Below are positions 1 to 8,859 of a DNA stretch of 24,000 bases, one piece after another. The stretch is taken from contig JAAUOM010000052.1 of assembly GCA_012034865.1 (NCBI GenBank), forward strand, positions 5,508-29,507. Reading direction: 5' to 3'. Every line of letters begins with the position of its first letter. Positions within the stretch are counted from its first letter, which is position 1. This stretch comes from Acaryochloris sp. CRU_2_0. Lineage in GTDB: Bacteria > Cyanobacteriota > Cyanobacteriia > Thermosynechococcales > Thermosynechococcaceae. The notes below the pieces were generated by a model. The model was not told the origin of the DNA and did not search any database. It saw nothing but the letters and a program-made list of their open reading frames with translations. Made by a program: the position numbers and the translations under genes.

Positions 1-2512
1 AAGATTTAAGAGCTTGGTTTGATCCCAGGGCGGACTGCACCTTTTTGATGGACTCTTCTGCTAGACGGCGCACCCGACCATCCGGCGTTTGGTTGACCAG
101 GTTAGTTAATAGGCCAATCGCCTTCGGTGTTTCCATTTGCCCTAAGGCTGAGGATACAGCCATTTGCGTCAAGAACAAGGGTTCTCCTACCAAGATTGAT
201 AACCGCTCTAGAATGCGTTCGAGCTGGGCGGGGGGTTGCCCCGTTGACAGACTTCCCAAGGCGCGAATGGCAGCTAGACGCAAGGGTTGGGGGATGCCTG
301 CCTCGGTATAGGCCAAAATTAGATCCACCGCTGCTACGGAGGTTTTTAGGTGGCTGAGGGCCGTAATAGCCCCAGAACGCACCACTTCATTCCAGCCCGC
401 TCGCTCCTTGAGGACGGATTTGAGCAGTTTGAGCACCTTGGTTTGTTGAGATTTAGCGGTGAGGGATGACGCTGCGATCGCCCCCATTGCCTGCAAAGCA
501 GCCGCTTCCACATAATAACTGGGATCCCCTTTTTCGGCTAAGGGTTTAATCACCTTGTAACTCTCATCGGTTTTAAAAATGGCAATGGCCTCTACTACAG
601 CACGGCGCACACGCGCCTCTGGATCTTTGAGACCCGGTTTAAGGGCACTCAAGGCTTGATCGAGCTTAATGGTGGCCAACTGCTGAGCCACTTCTACGCG
701 AATTCCCCAAAAGGGATCTTTCTTCAAGGCTGTACCTAAGGCGTTGACGCTTTCTAAGCCCCCTTTTTTGCCTAAGGCTTGGGCTGCATCAATCCGGGAC
801 AAGGGATCCGGGTCATATTGCAGTTGGGCTTTGAGTTCCGGTAGTGGATACTCTAGCGTCACTTGTTTGAGAGTGTGATTGCCCTGATCAAAACTGATCA
901 AGAGGGGTTTTTCAGGCAAGCTGAAATAAAAGCTCTGTTCCTGCTCATGGACTCGGACGCTAAAGGATTGCATCTCCACGGATTGCTGCTCTCGGAGAAA
1001 GCCAAAGGCGATGGGTATCTTCAGATCAAAGAGTCCCTTAGCACTGTCTTTATCTTTGGGATCAATCTGGGTTTGGGTCACCGTCACCTTCGCCATATTG
1101 TGATCCGCATCCCAGATATAACCGACCTTGTACTCAGGATGTCCGCCCCGGTAAACGTACTGATCAAACAAAAATAGCAAATTGCGGCCTGTGGATTTTT
1201 CAATGGCTCGCAGTAAATCAATCGTCTCTACGGTTTGATGGGCATGGTCTTGGACAAAGGTATGGATGGCTCGCCAAAATAACTCATCCCCCAACTCGGC
1301 CCGAATCATGTGGTAGATACAGGCTCCTTTTTCGTAAAGATGGCGATCGTAGAGTTCAATGGCTTCCCGATAGACATGGGTGACAACCGGGCGTCGATAG
1401 CGATTGCTGTCTTCGTTAAAGTAGTGGCGAGCCTCTTGCAGCCGATAGTATGCGGCATCATCGGCCCCATACTCATGGTCGATCCACATAACCTCAGCAT
1501 AGGAGGCCATCCCCTCCTTAATCCAGGCATGGGACCAGTGCTTAATCACCACTAAGTCCCCAAACCACTGATGAGCCAACTCATGGGCAACTAAACTTTC
1601 TGAAGACCGATTATCAAGAGCAGCCCGCTCATCCAGAAGACAGCGATCCGTCAGCAAGGTGGTAGAGGTATTCTCCATGCCGCCAAAGATAAAGTCATCC
1701 ACGCAGACCTGGGCATATTTGGGATAGGCGTAGGGAAACCCATAATATTGGCTAAAAAACTCGATCATGCGCGGCGTTTTACCCATTGTCAGTTTAGCCT
1801 GGGCTTCCCGGCCTTTTTCGACGTAGTAGGTAACGGGTTTGCCTTGCCACTCATCTTTGATTTCGGCAAACTGACCGACGGCCAAGGTCATTAAATAGGT
1901 GGGATGAACCTGACGCTGTAACCAATGATAGATTTTCTGCTTGCCCTTGACTTCCGTTGCCACCAGTTCACCATTGGAGATGGCGGTATAGGCTTTAGGC
2001 ACGCCAACGCGCAGCTCTGAGGTGGCTAACTGACCGGGATAGTCAAAGCAGGGAAACCAAAATCGGGAGTCTTCATCTTCGCCCTGGGTCCAGACTTGCG
2101 TGGGTTTCTGGGGATAGTGGGCATCGGGTTGGACAAAGTACAGACCCCGTTGCGGTTGCTGGACTGAATAGGCGATCGCAACCGTCATCACTTTCCCGAC
2201 CTGAGTGGGTTGCTTCATGTGGATGTGCAATTGCTCACCATCATAGTCAAAGGGCTGTTGAGTCCGCCCAATTTTGACTTCCTCAATCTGTAGGTCTACA
2301 GCATCCAATACCAAAGTCTCAATCCCATTACGGACGGGATTTAAGCGAATTTGGCAAGTGCCACTAAACGATTGGCCAGGAATGTCCAGGATTAAATCTA
2401 GAAAAATATGCTCAACTTGGCCGGGTCGATCAGGATTGTAGTGAGGCCGAGCCCCAGCTAGCTCAAAGGATTTATACTTCTTAGCCTCAGAATCAAAGAA
2501 AAAATGGGACAT
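1..2512 (-). CDS. pepN: M1-family zinc aminopeptidase (aminopeptidase N-like) with a HEAT-repeat-like C-terminal region; the 3' end runs off the window
   Basis: It is absent from the ORF track because it has no in-window stop. Hand translation of the minus strand from ATG (2512-2510) stays open to position 1, spot-checked at 1-60, 1141-1200 and 1500-1700. It contains GGMEN (about 1670-1684), VAHELAHQWFGD (HEXXH, about 1565-1600) and WIKEG (third zinc ligand, about 1515-1530). The C-terminal part is rich in repeated A/L/K helices typical of HEAT-like repeats. Confidence 0.9.
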   Translation of the reverse strand, partial: MSHFFFDSEAKKYKSFELAGARPHYNPDRPGQVEHIFLDLILDIPGQSFSGTCQIRLNPVRNGIETLVLDAVDLQIEEVKIGRTQQPFDYDGEQLHIHMKQPTQVGKVMTVAIAYSVQQPQRGLYFVQPDAHYPQKPTQVWTQGEDEDSRFWFPCFDYPGQLATSELRVGVPKAYTAISNGELVATEVKGKQKIYHWLQRQVHPTYLMTLAVGQFAEIKDEWQGKPVTYYVEKGREAQAKLTMGKTPRMIEFFSQYYGFPYAYPKYAQVCVDDFIFGGMENTSTTLLTDRCLLDERAALDNRSSESLVAHELAHQWFGDLVVIKHWSHAWIKEGMASYAEVMWIDHEYGADDAAYYRLQEARHYFNEDSNRYRRPVVTHVYREAIELYDRHLYEKGACIYHMIRAELGDELFWRAIHTFVQDHAHQTVETIDLLRAIEKSTGRNLLFLFDQYVYRGGHPEYKVGYIWDADHNMAKVTVTQTQIDPKDKDSAKGLFDLKIPIAFGFLREQQSVEMQSFSVRVHEQEQSFYFSLPEKPLLISFDQGNHTLKQVTLEYPLPELKAQLQYDPDPLSRIDAAQALGKKGGLESVNALGTALKKDPFWGIRVEVAQQLATIKLDQALSALKPGLKDPEARVRRAVVEAIAIFKTDESYKVIKPLAEKGDPSYYVEAAALQAMGAIAASSLTAKSQQTKVLKLLKSVLKERAGWNEVVRSGAITALSHLKTSVAAVDLILAYTEAGIPQPLRLAAIRALGSLSTGQPPAQLERILERLSILVGEPLFLTQMAVSSALGQMETPKAIGLLTNLVNQTPDGRVRRLAEESIKKVQSALGSNQALKS

Positions 2513-2516
2513 TACC

Positions 2517-2780
2517 TTACCTTTCAACATAATGGTATCGAGCTTGTAGAAACAGGATGCGGTTTTGCTCTACACGATAGACAAGCCGATGCTCTAGATT
2601 GATCCGGCGCGACCACAGATTTGACCCCAGGTGCTTCAAGGTCTCCGGTTTTCCTATTCCTGAAAATGGATCTTGAAGGATGGATTCAATTAAATCCCAA
2701 AGCCGTTCCCATAGCCTTGGCTGGGTTTTAGCCGACCCGATCAAATCCTCTTGGAATTGGGGGCTAAATTCTGGCACCAC
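2517..2780 (-). CDS. yoeB: YoeB/Txe-family type II toxin (mRNA interferase)
   Basis: The 87-aa ORF aligns without gaps to remembered E. coli YoeB. Shared motifs are PF.G.GKPE.LKH, WSRRI..EHRLVY and the C-terminal RYHY. Residues matching catalytic E46, R65, H83 and Y84 are all present. GTG start. The stop lies 4 nt upstream of the pepN ATG. Confidence 0.85.
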   Translation of the reverse strand: MVPEFSPQFQEDLIGSAKTQPRLWERLWDLIESILQDPFSGIGKPETLKHLGSNLWSRRINLEHRLVYRVEQNRILFLQARYHYVER

Positions 2781-2813
2781 CTGGATGACACTATGGAGTA
2801 ATAGTAGAGTGAC

Positions 2814-3039
2814 CTATGAGCAACCTGTATTGATGCGCTCAAACAAGTTCTTGATTTTCGTAAAGCCCATGGTAGGTCTCACCCATTGTGGTTTTTTGGC
2901 TTAATCCATTGACTCCGTCCGATTTCCAGTTGACGATATAACAGAGGGAGACTCATGAACATAGCTTGTTATAAAGCACCCTCGTCAAAATCTGTCCAGA
3001 GTACTGAACTAAATGTAAAAAGCTATTTGTTATATTCAT
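2814..3039 (-). pseudogene. Possible decayed YefM/Phd-type antitoxin relic upstream of yoeB
   Basis: No ORF longer than 37 codons exists on the minus strand upstream of yoeB. Fragments in three frames weakly resemble YefM blocks: RVLYNKL, VHESPSVISSTGNR and GETYHGLYENQEL resemble NLYKL, HEP.IT.KR and ETLYLL. They are broken by in-frame TGA codons and frame changes. The similarity was judged by eye only. Confidence 0.2.
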
Positions 3040-3091
3040 TAATTTTGTTGAATTACAGGTTCAGATTTACTTAATGAGAGACTTGCAGTAT

Positions 3092-3791
3092 ATGTTGCGA
3101 AAAAACTGGGAATCTTTTCCATCTTATAGTTACAACAAGTTTTCTCGCTTGTTTAATTGGACTAAGCGCCTTGGGATGTGCAACCTCTGCAAAGCCTAGT
3201 AGGCAATCACCTCCTCAAAATGATAATAACCTAGGCACAACGGGTGCAATTCAAGTCAAGGATGATAGCAATAACTCAACTCACAATACTCCAAGTGATT
3301 CTACAGCCAACACTGAGCATACTCCACCAGGGGAAACCGCTAATTCTCAGCAAAGCGCATCACCTTCTGAGGATAATCAGTTTATTAAGCAAGATTTTAG
3401 TCAGGAACTTCTAAAGCAAATCTTAAAAGTAGACCGGGGGTGTTTCGACATGAACGTAGTTTGCTCCTATCGTAAGTTTACTTTTAGAGATGTGGTCTTG
3501 ATTACTGAATCCTCTGATTATGGTGAAGTTAGCAATGTTTCATTGATTCCCAATCAATCAATTTCTCAGGAGCAAGCCTTATCTTTTTCTAGAATCCTTG
3601 ATGATAGTGGGGAGATTGATTTCGAGAAATCTAAACAACTCGACCCCGATACAGTGTCATATCTAGGATGTCTAGGTGATGATGATATAACCAGTGCTAG
3701 GGTTGAGAATTTTCTTGGATGTTATGTGAGGCTACATCTCACCCCTGATGGCAATGTATCCAAAATAGAACTCATTCATTCATCGGATTGA
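3092..3791 (+). CDS. Putative lipoprotein of unknown function, with its 5' end frameshifted (intact ORF 3171..3791)
   Basis: The track ORF starts at TTG 3171 with MGCATS. The in-frame upstream codons (3102-3170) read KTGNLFHLIVTTSFLACLIGLSALG-C, a lipoprotein h-region plus lipobox, but they contain no start codon. ATG 3092 (MLRK...) is in another frame, and removing one A from the A6 run at 3100-3105 gives MLRKTGNLFHLIVTTSFLACLIGLSALGC. The mature part has an S/N/T/P/Q-rich linker followed by a domain with 4 Cys. I recognised no family. Confidence 0.6.
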
Positions 3792-3795
3792 TGTA

Positions 3796-4740
3796 TCAGA
3801 GCCGCTGTTGCAGGTATTTGAGGAGTTTGGCAAAATCTGTCGGTAATGGGGCTTCTACCGCTATGTTTGCTTGGGAAATGGGGTGGTTCAAGCTTAATCG
3901 CCAAGAGTGGAGGACTTGTCCAGATAAATTAACCCCCATAGAGCGGCCTCGGCTATAAAGCGGATCGCCGACAATGGGCCAGCCCATCTGGGCACAATGC
4001 ACTCGAATCTGATGGGTTCGTCCCGTTTCTAATTGGAATTGGATCAGTGCGTAATTCCCCAAGGGTTGGAGGATTTTCCAGTGGGTTACCGCTGCCTTGC
4101 CACCCTTTTCTTCAGGCACTACTGCGCGTTTAATCCGGTCTACAGGATGACGACCTAGGGGAAAGTCTATGCAGCCACTCAGGGCAGCAGGACGGCCATA
4201 GACAATCCCTAAATAGTGACGGTGGGCTGTTTTGGCGGCGATTTGAGCCTGTAGGTGCTGATGGGCTAAGTCTGTTTTGGCTACGACCATCGCTCCACTC
4301 GTATCTTTGTCCAACCGATGCACAATCCCAGGACGTTCGACACCACTAATTCCAGAGAGGGAAGAGCCTTGCTCCTGGGAAGATTGACAATGGGCGAGGA
4401 GACCGTGGACTAAGGTTCCCTTGGCATGTCCTGGGGCAGGGTGAACCACTAAACCTGCCGGTTTATTGACGATTAATAACTGTTCATCCTCGAACAGGAT
4501 ATCCAAATCCATCGGTTCTGGCTCTAAGGCTAAGGGAGTAGGCGCAGGCAGATACACCTGAACTTGATCGCCAACCTGCAATAGATGCTTTTTAGAGGGA
4601 CAAGGAAGGCGATTGATCTGAACATGGCCTTGTTCGATCAGTTTTTGAATGTGCGATCGCGACAACGCTTCCACCTGATTGGCTAACCAGCGATCAACTC
4701 TCTGGGCAGATCCATAAACCTCAAAGGCTAACCAGGTCAT
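3796..4740 (-). CDS. rluD: RluA/RluD-family 23S rRNA pseudouridine synthase with an N-terminal S4 domain
   Basis: 314 aa. It has an S4-like N-terminus (RVDRWLA...LIEQGHVQINR) and the catalytic motif HRLDKDTSG, followed by RTHQIRVH. Confidence 0.9.
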   Translation of the reverse strand: MTWLAFEVYGSAQRVDRWLANQVEALSRSHIQKLIEQGHVQINRLPCPSKKHLLQVGDQVQVYLPAPTPLALEPEPMDLDILFEDEQLLIVNKPAGLVVHPAPGHAKGTLVHGLLAHCQSSQEQGSSLSGISGVERPGIVHRLDKDTSGAMVVAKTDLAHQHLQAQIAAKTAHRHYLGIVYGRPAALSGCIDFPLGRHPVDRIKRAVVPEEKGGKAAVTHWKILQPLGNYALIQFQLETGRTHQIRVHCAQMGWPIVGDPLYSRGRSMGVNLSGQVLHSWRLSLNHPISQANIAVEAPLPTDFAKLLKYLQQRL

Positions 4741-4758
4741 CTTTTCTAGGTGCCTCCA

Positions 4759-5439
4759 CTAGAGGCGACGGTGAATGTCTAATCCATGGGTATCTGTACC
4801 ACAGGTTTGGATCAACCCATGCTGGCTAGCCAGTTGAGCCATCACTGCTGTTTCCGATGAGCTGGGTTGCCAAGGATCGATATTGCCATAGCAATAAAAA
4901 GTCTCAATTCCATCAATTCCTAAGGACACAGCCGCAGGAACCAACTCTTGAGCGGGGCGGCGATATCGGGCTGGATGGGCTAAAACGGCAAGCCCCCCGG
5001 CTTTATGAATCGCTTGGATGACCTGCTCTCCCTCAGCTTGGTCACCCTGTGGTGCTGAGCCTTGTCTATAGGGATGCAAGGCAGGATGATTTGGATCAAA
5101 GCCATATCCCAAAATATGAATTTGAGTATTCAACAGCAAGGAGGTAATCTCGATGCCAGACCACAGCTTTGGCAAGGGTTGGGGTAGGGTCTGTCCTTGA
5201 GAGTGCAGATAGTCCACCGCTAGCCAATACCCCTCTACACTGTGGTGATCAGTAATTGCTAAGCTTTTTAGACCTGAATCAATGGCTTGTTGAATCAGTT
5301 GTTGGGGTTGTAAACGGCCATCCGAATGCAGCGTGTGCAAGTGAAAATTGTAGGTCTGTGGGCAGCTTGCTGCATCAATGGATCGCAAGATTGCCTGTAA
5401 TGCGTCTAGGTCTGTTGGCAAGTTAGTCGTAACCATCAC
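4759..5439 (-). CDS. PHP-domain metal-dependent phosphoesterase (TrpH/YciV-like)
   Basis: 226 aa. It has an N-terminal NFHLHTLHSDG motif and later ITDHH, GIE and CGTDTHG histidine/aspartate clusters typical of PHP domains. It lies 18 nt upstream of rluD on the same strand. Confidence 0.8.
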   Translation of the reverse strand: MMVTTNLPTDLDALQAILRSIDAASCPQTYNFHLHTLHSDGRLQPQQLIQQAIDSGLKSLAITDHHSVEGYWLAVDYLHSQGQTLPQPLPKLWSGIEITSLLLNTQIHILGYGFDPNHPALHPYRQGSAPQGDQAEGEQVIQAIHKAGGLAVLAHPARYRRPAQELVPAAVSLGIDGIETFYCYGNIDPWQPSSSETAVMAQLASQHGLIQTCGTDTHGLDIHRRL

Positions 5440-5510
5440 TTAGCAATTACTTGAACGCAATACCCCCGGAATTCAACTATAGCCCAAGATTTTTCAGACG
5501 TTCGGTTTCC

Positions 5511-6314
5511 TTAAACTTCAGAGGCTGGCGGTGCTTTGTACATGGGTGTCAAAAAGGCAATCAGGAAACCGGCTAAAAACCCTGCTACATTACGAGCTAG
5601 CGGCAACCATTCAGATGTGCGCATCACAACTGGGCCAATCCCAAAGGAGAAGAAACAAATTCCCCACAGCGGTGAAAAAATCAGCATCCATTGCCAAGCA
5701 AAGACCTGATCCGGTTTGCGGGGATGGGCAGAAAAGCCACAAATGATTCCCCCCAACACCGACGTAATCAGTGTAAAGATCCACTGCTCTTGAGGCAGAC
5801 CAGGAACAACTCGACAGCCTCCTTGATTTAAACAAGTCTTGACAGAATTGATAGCTTGCAGAATAGATTCATCTTCACCATTCTCTTGGACAAAGTACTG
5901 ATTTCCGAACCGGGTCTGTAGCTCAACCCAGAAGGTGCGGGGTAATAATTGATAGACGGCGTCCCCTACGTTGAAGTTGAGAATATTCCCCCCCCTAGCG
6001 TCAGCGACCAAAAGAACACTCTTTTCGTCTAGGTTCCAAAAATCCTTAACTGCTCGACCGGGGGTGCGATCATATTGAGTCAATACCCGCAATTTCCAAC
6101 CCGTTTCCTGCTCAAAATCGTCTAAATCTTGATCAAGCTTATTTTTTTGCACCCGTGTCAACGTTTCGGCTAGATCAACAATCGAAGTAGGCTCATTAGG
6201 CAACAGCTCTGGGGCATCAAAGGCTTGAGCGGGTGCAGCGCTAACCCATACTCCAAAACTGAGTACTAGTCCAAGACAGGTTGCTAAAACGCGACGAATA
6301 AGATGATGTTTCAT
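5511..6314 (-). CDS. TPM-domain protein (Psb32/TLP18.3-like) with a signal peptide and C-terminal transmembrane segments
   Basis: 267 aa. It has a signal peptide ending AAPAQA-F. The TPM-like core includes VDLAETL, LDDFEQETGWKLRVLT and VADARGGNILNFNVGD. Hydrophobic C-terminal helices follow. The family assignment is from memory of motif patterns. Confidence 0.7.
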   Translation of the reverse strand: MKHHLIRRVLATCLGLVLSFGVWVSAAPAQAFDAPELLPNEPTSIVDLAETLTRVQKNKLDQDLDDFEQETGWKLRVLTQYDRTPGRAVKDFWNLDEKSVLLVADARGGNILNFNVGDAVYQLLPRTFWVELQTRFGNQYFVQENGEDESILQAINSVKTCLNQGGCRVVPGLPQEQWIFTLITSVLGGIICGFSAHPRKPDQVFAWQWMLIFSPLWGICFFSFGIGPVVMRTSEWLPLARNVAGFLAGFLIAFLTPMYKAPPASEV

Positions 6315-6952
6315 AAGATCAGGATGGATGAAGTGGTAAAAGGTAACAATTGGATACTATCTTTTTTAATTTTTAACACTTGTTCAAGTTACTTATCATA
6401 ATAATACCTATTCTGAGTCTTTGATACCGCTGCCAATGCTACGGAATTGCGCTTCTACCAGGCTCTTTACCTTAGAAAACATTCACAGTGATGTGTTGCT
6501 TGTTGAAGGGGCAGATCAAGCCTCAGGATGAAGATGTAATCATTTTGAAACTTATGAGGTTACAACAGCGTCTAAGCCTGTCAGGGGGATAGTTGGTCAA
6601 TCTACTCCTGATGAACCATTCACCATACATTTATCTAAAGCCATAAAGGGTGAATCGTTTACCTTGGCAAATAGGTGGGTTGACAACATTTCCAATAGCA
6701 AGGTTCACCGTCGATGTTTTCTATAGAACTGATGACTACAGGTTGTTAAAGGAAGTCTACTCAATACGGTTTACCGATCTTTATAGACTCTTACCAAGCC
6801 TAAAAAAATAATCTATGATAAGAGGACAAACTCATACTGACTTCGTTTTTAATTGGCTCTTTATTATTTTCTTAATTTGCCTGATCACTATCACTGGGGA
6901 AGTTGATAGTTCGATATCAACATCACCTTCTTAAAGGAGGTCGCTCAAGTCC

Positions 6953-7936
6953 ATGTCCGATACCAAAGCCAAAAATCAAGCTGTAGCCGTATCTACCACA
7001 ACAGATATGGTTCGCACCTATCTCCATGAGATAGGGCGGGTTCCTCTGCTAACTCACGAGCAAGAAATCGTTTTTGGTAAACAAGTTCAGGCCATGATGG
7101 TGCTTGTGGAACTCCAGCAAGCCTTGAGTGAAGAACTAGGCCATGAGCCTTCCTTTGAGGTGTGGGCAGACCGGGCTAATTTGAGCTTGTCAGAGTTAGA
7201 GTTAACCTTGCATCAAGGTCGGCGAGCAAAGCAAAAAATGATCGCAGCTAATCTGCGTCTGGTTGTGTCTGTTGCCAAGAAATACCAAAAGAGAAATCTA
7301 GAGCTTCTAGATTTAATTCAAGAGGGAACCCTAGGTCTAGAGCGTGGGGTTGAGAAGTTTGATCCCACCAGAGGGTTTAAGTTCTCTACCTATGCCTATT
7401 GGTGGATTCGACAAGCGATTACGCGTGCGATCGCGCAACAAGCCCGCACCATTCGGCTACCGATCCATATCACTGAAAAATTGAACAAGATTAAAAAAGC
7501 TCAGCGAGAGTTGTCTCAACAGTTAGGCCGCAGTGCAACGCCGGGTGAAATCGCCAAGGCTTTAGAATTGGAACCTAGCCAAGTCCGGGAATATCTCACC
7601 ATTGCCCGCCAGCCTATTTCCCTAGATCTGAGAGTGGGCGATAACCAAGACACTGAACTGAGGGATTTGCTGGAAGATGAGGGTCAATCGCCGGAGCAGT
7701 TCACGACAACCGAATCCCTCAAAGATGATGTCAGTCAATTGCTAGCAGAGTTAACCCCTCAGCAACGCGATGTTTTAATGCTTCGGTTTGGCTTAAACAA
7801 TGGCAAGGAGCTATCCCTCGCTAAAGTAGGCCAACAACTCAGTTTGAGCCGAGAACGGGTGCGACAATTGGAACGTCAAGCCTTAGACTATCTGCGCCGC
7901 CGCAAAGGTGAAGTCCGGGAGTATATTGCCAGTTAA
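6953..7936 (+). CDS. Group-2 sigma-70 family RNA polymerase sigma factor (SigB/SigD-like)
   Basis: 327 aa. Motifs present are DMVRTYLHEIGRVPLLT, region 2 LIQEGTLGLERGVEKFDPTRGFKFSTYAYWWIRQAITRAI, and region 4.2 LSRERVRQLERQAL. AAGGAGG lies at 6934-6940, upstream of the ATG. Confidence 0.95.
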   Translation: MSDTKAKNQAVAVSTTTDMVRTYLHEIGRVPLLTHEQEIVFGKQVQAMMVLVELQQALSEELGHEPSFEVWADRANLSLSELELTLHQGRRAKQKMIAANLRLVVSVAKKYQKRNLELLDLIQEGTLGLERGVEKFDPTRGFKFSTYAYWWIRQAITRAIAQQARTIRLPIHITEKLNKIKKAQRELSQQLGRSATPGEIAKALELEPSQVREYLTIARQPISLDLRVGDNQDTELRDLLEDEGQSPEQFTTTESLKDDVSQLLAELTPQQRDVLMLRFGLNNGKELSLAKVGQQLSLSRERVRQLERQALDYLRRRKGEVREYIAS

Positions 7937-7974
7937 GCCTGATCCTTGGCATTCATTTAAAACTCATCAACTTT

Positions 7975-8006
7975 TGATCTGCTTCTGATGGGGGCAGATC
8001 ATTTTT
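7975..8006 (+). terminator. Rho-independent terminator of the sigma factor gene
   Basis: TGATCTGC (7975-7982) pairs perfectly with GCAGATCA (7994-8001). The loop is 11 nt, and TTTTT follows at 8002-8006. Confidence 0.65.
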
Positions 8007-8058
8007 GTATGCTTATTTGGGACAATACCCCTTGCATCCTTACAACAGCAAAATTCTG

Positions 8059-8793
8059 ATGACCAATGATTGGCTGTATCAATACCCACCTCTGCTCCGA
8101 GGCAGATTGCTTAAGCGCTATAAACGATTTTTTGCCGATATCGAATTAGAGACGGGAGAGATCGTCACCGCTCATTGTCCCAACACAGGCCCAATGACGG
8201 GCATTTCTACCCCCCATAGTCTAGTCCAAATCTCGAAGTCTAATAATCCCAAACGCAAGTTAGCCTATACCTGGGAAATGATTGCCGTGGGTGAGCAGGA
8301 TCCAACTTGGGTGGGGGTGAATACCCAAATTCCCAATGGGGTAGTGCGAGTGTTGCTCCAGCAACATTTAATCCCGGCACTAGGGGACTATGAGCAAATC
8401 CAGTCAGAAGTACCCTACGGTCAGGAAAAAAGCCGGATCGATTTCCTGCTGCAAGGACCCAAGGTGCAACCGACCTATATAGAGGTTAAAAGTACCACTT
8501 GGGCTTTGGGCCATCAAGCTCTCTTCCCGGATACAGTCACGACCCGGGGTCAAAAGCATATTCGAGAACTCGTAGGACTGATACCAAAAGCTCGGGCTTG
8601 TATGCTGTATTTTATCAATCGGGGGGACTGTACAATTTTTGCACCGGGGGATCAAGCTGACCCTAACTATGGGAAACTGCTGAGGGAGGCCGTGTCTCTG
8701 GGGGTAGAGGTATTACCGTGTCGATTTGAGGTTACCCCTGTAGGCATTCGCTATTTGGGGCTGGCAAGGACTGAGTTCTCCTCCTCAATGTGA
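8059..8793 (+). CDS. sfsA: SfsA (sugar fermentation stimulation protein A / DNA-binding nuclease-like)
   Basis: Motifs present are GRLLKRYKRFFADIELETGEIVTAHCPNTGPM, SRIDFLL, YIEVKS and TTRGQKH. The track ORF begins at 8005, but that start sits inside the terminator T-run, so the ATG at 8059 (MTNDW...) is preferred. Confidence 0.9.
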   Translation: MTNDWLYQYPPLLRGRLLKRYKRFFADIELETGEIVTAHCPNTGPMTGISTPHSLVQISKSNNPKRKLAYTWEMIAVGEQDPTWVGVNTQIPNGVVRVLLQQHLIPALGDYEQIQSEVPYGQEKSRIDFLLQGPKVQPTYIEVKSTTWALGHQALFPDTVTTRGQKHIRELVGLIPKARACMLYFINRGDCTIFAPGDQADPNYGKLLREAVSLGVEVLPCRFEVTPVGIRYLGLARTEFSSSM

Positions 8794-8859
8794 TGGGTTG
8801 TGGACGCTGAGGTGGGTGTAGTGTAATGATCTGCTCTAGGTGAAGGGGGAATTTGGAAG

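Noticed and set aside
45-1555. Track ORFs 45..311(+), 127..357(+), 863..1177(+), 1310..1555(+) and 1306..1530(-).
   Set aside because: All lie inside the long minus-strand M1 aminopeptidase reading frame, which carries the GGMEN and HEXXH motifs. They have low-complexity or Arg-rich translations and no recognisable motifs, so they are antisense or off-frame artefacts.
2680-2904. 74-aa plus-strand ORF overlapping yoeB.
   Set aside because: It is antisense to a well-supported YoeB ORF and has no motif or start context. It is not a plausible antitoxin because it is on the wrong strand and shows no Phd/YefM pattern.
8005-8058. Longer sfsA start at 8005.
   Set aside because: That start codon falls in the T-run of the sigma-gene terminator (7975-8006). 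The extra 18 residues are not SfsA-like, and ATG 8059 gives the family-typical N-terminus.
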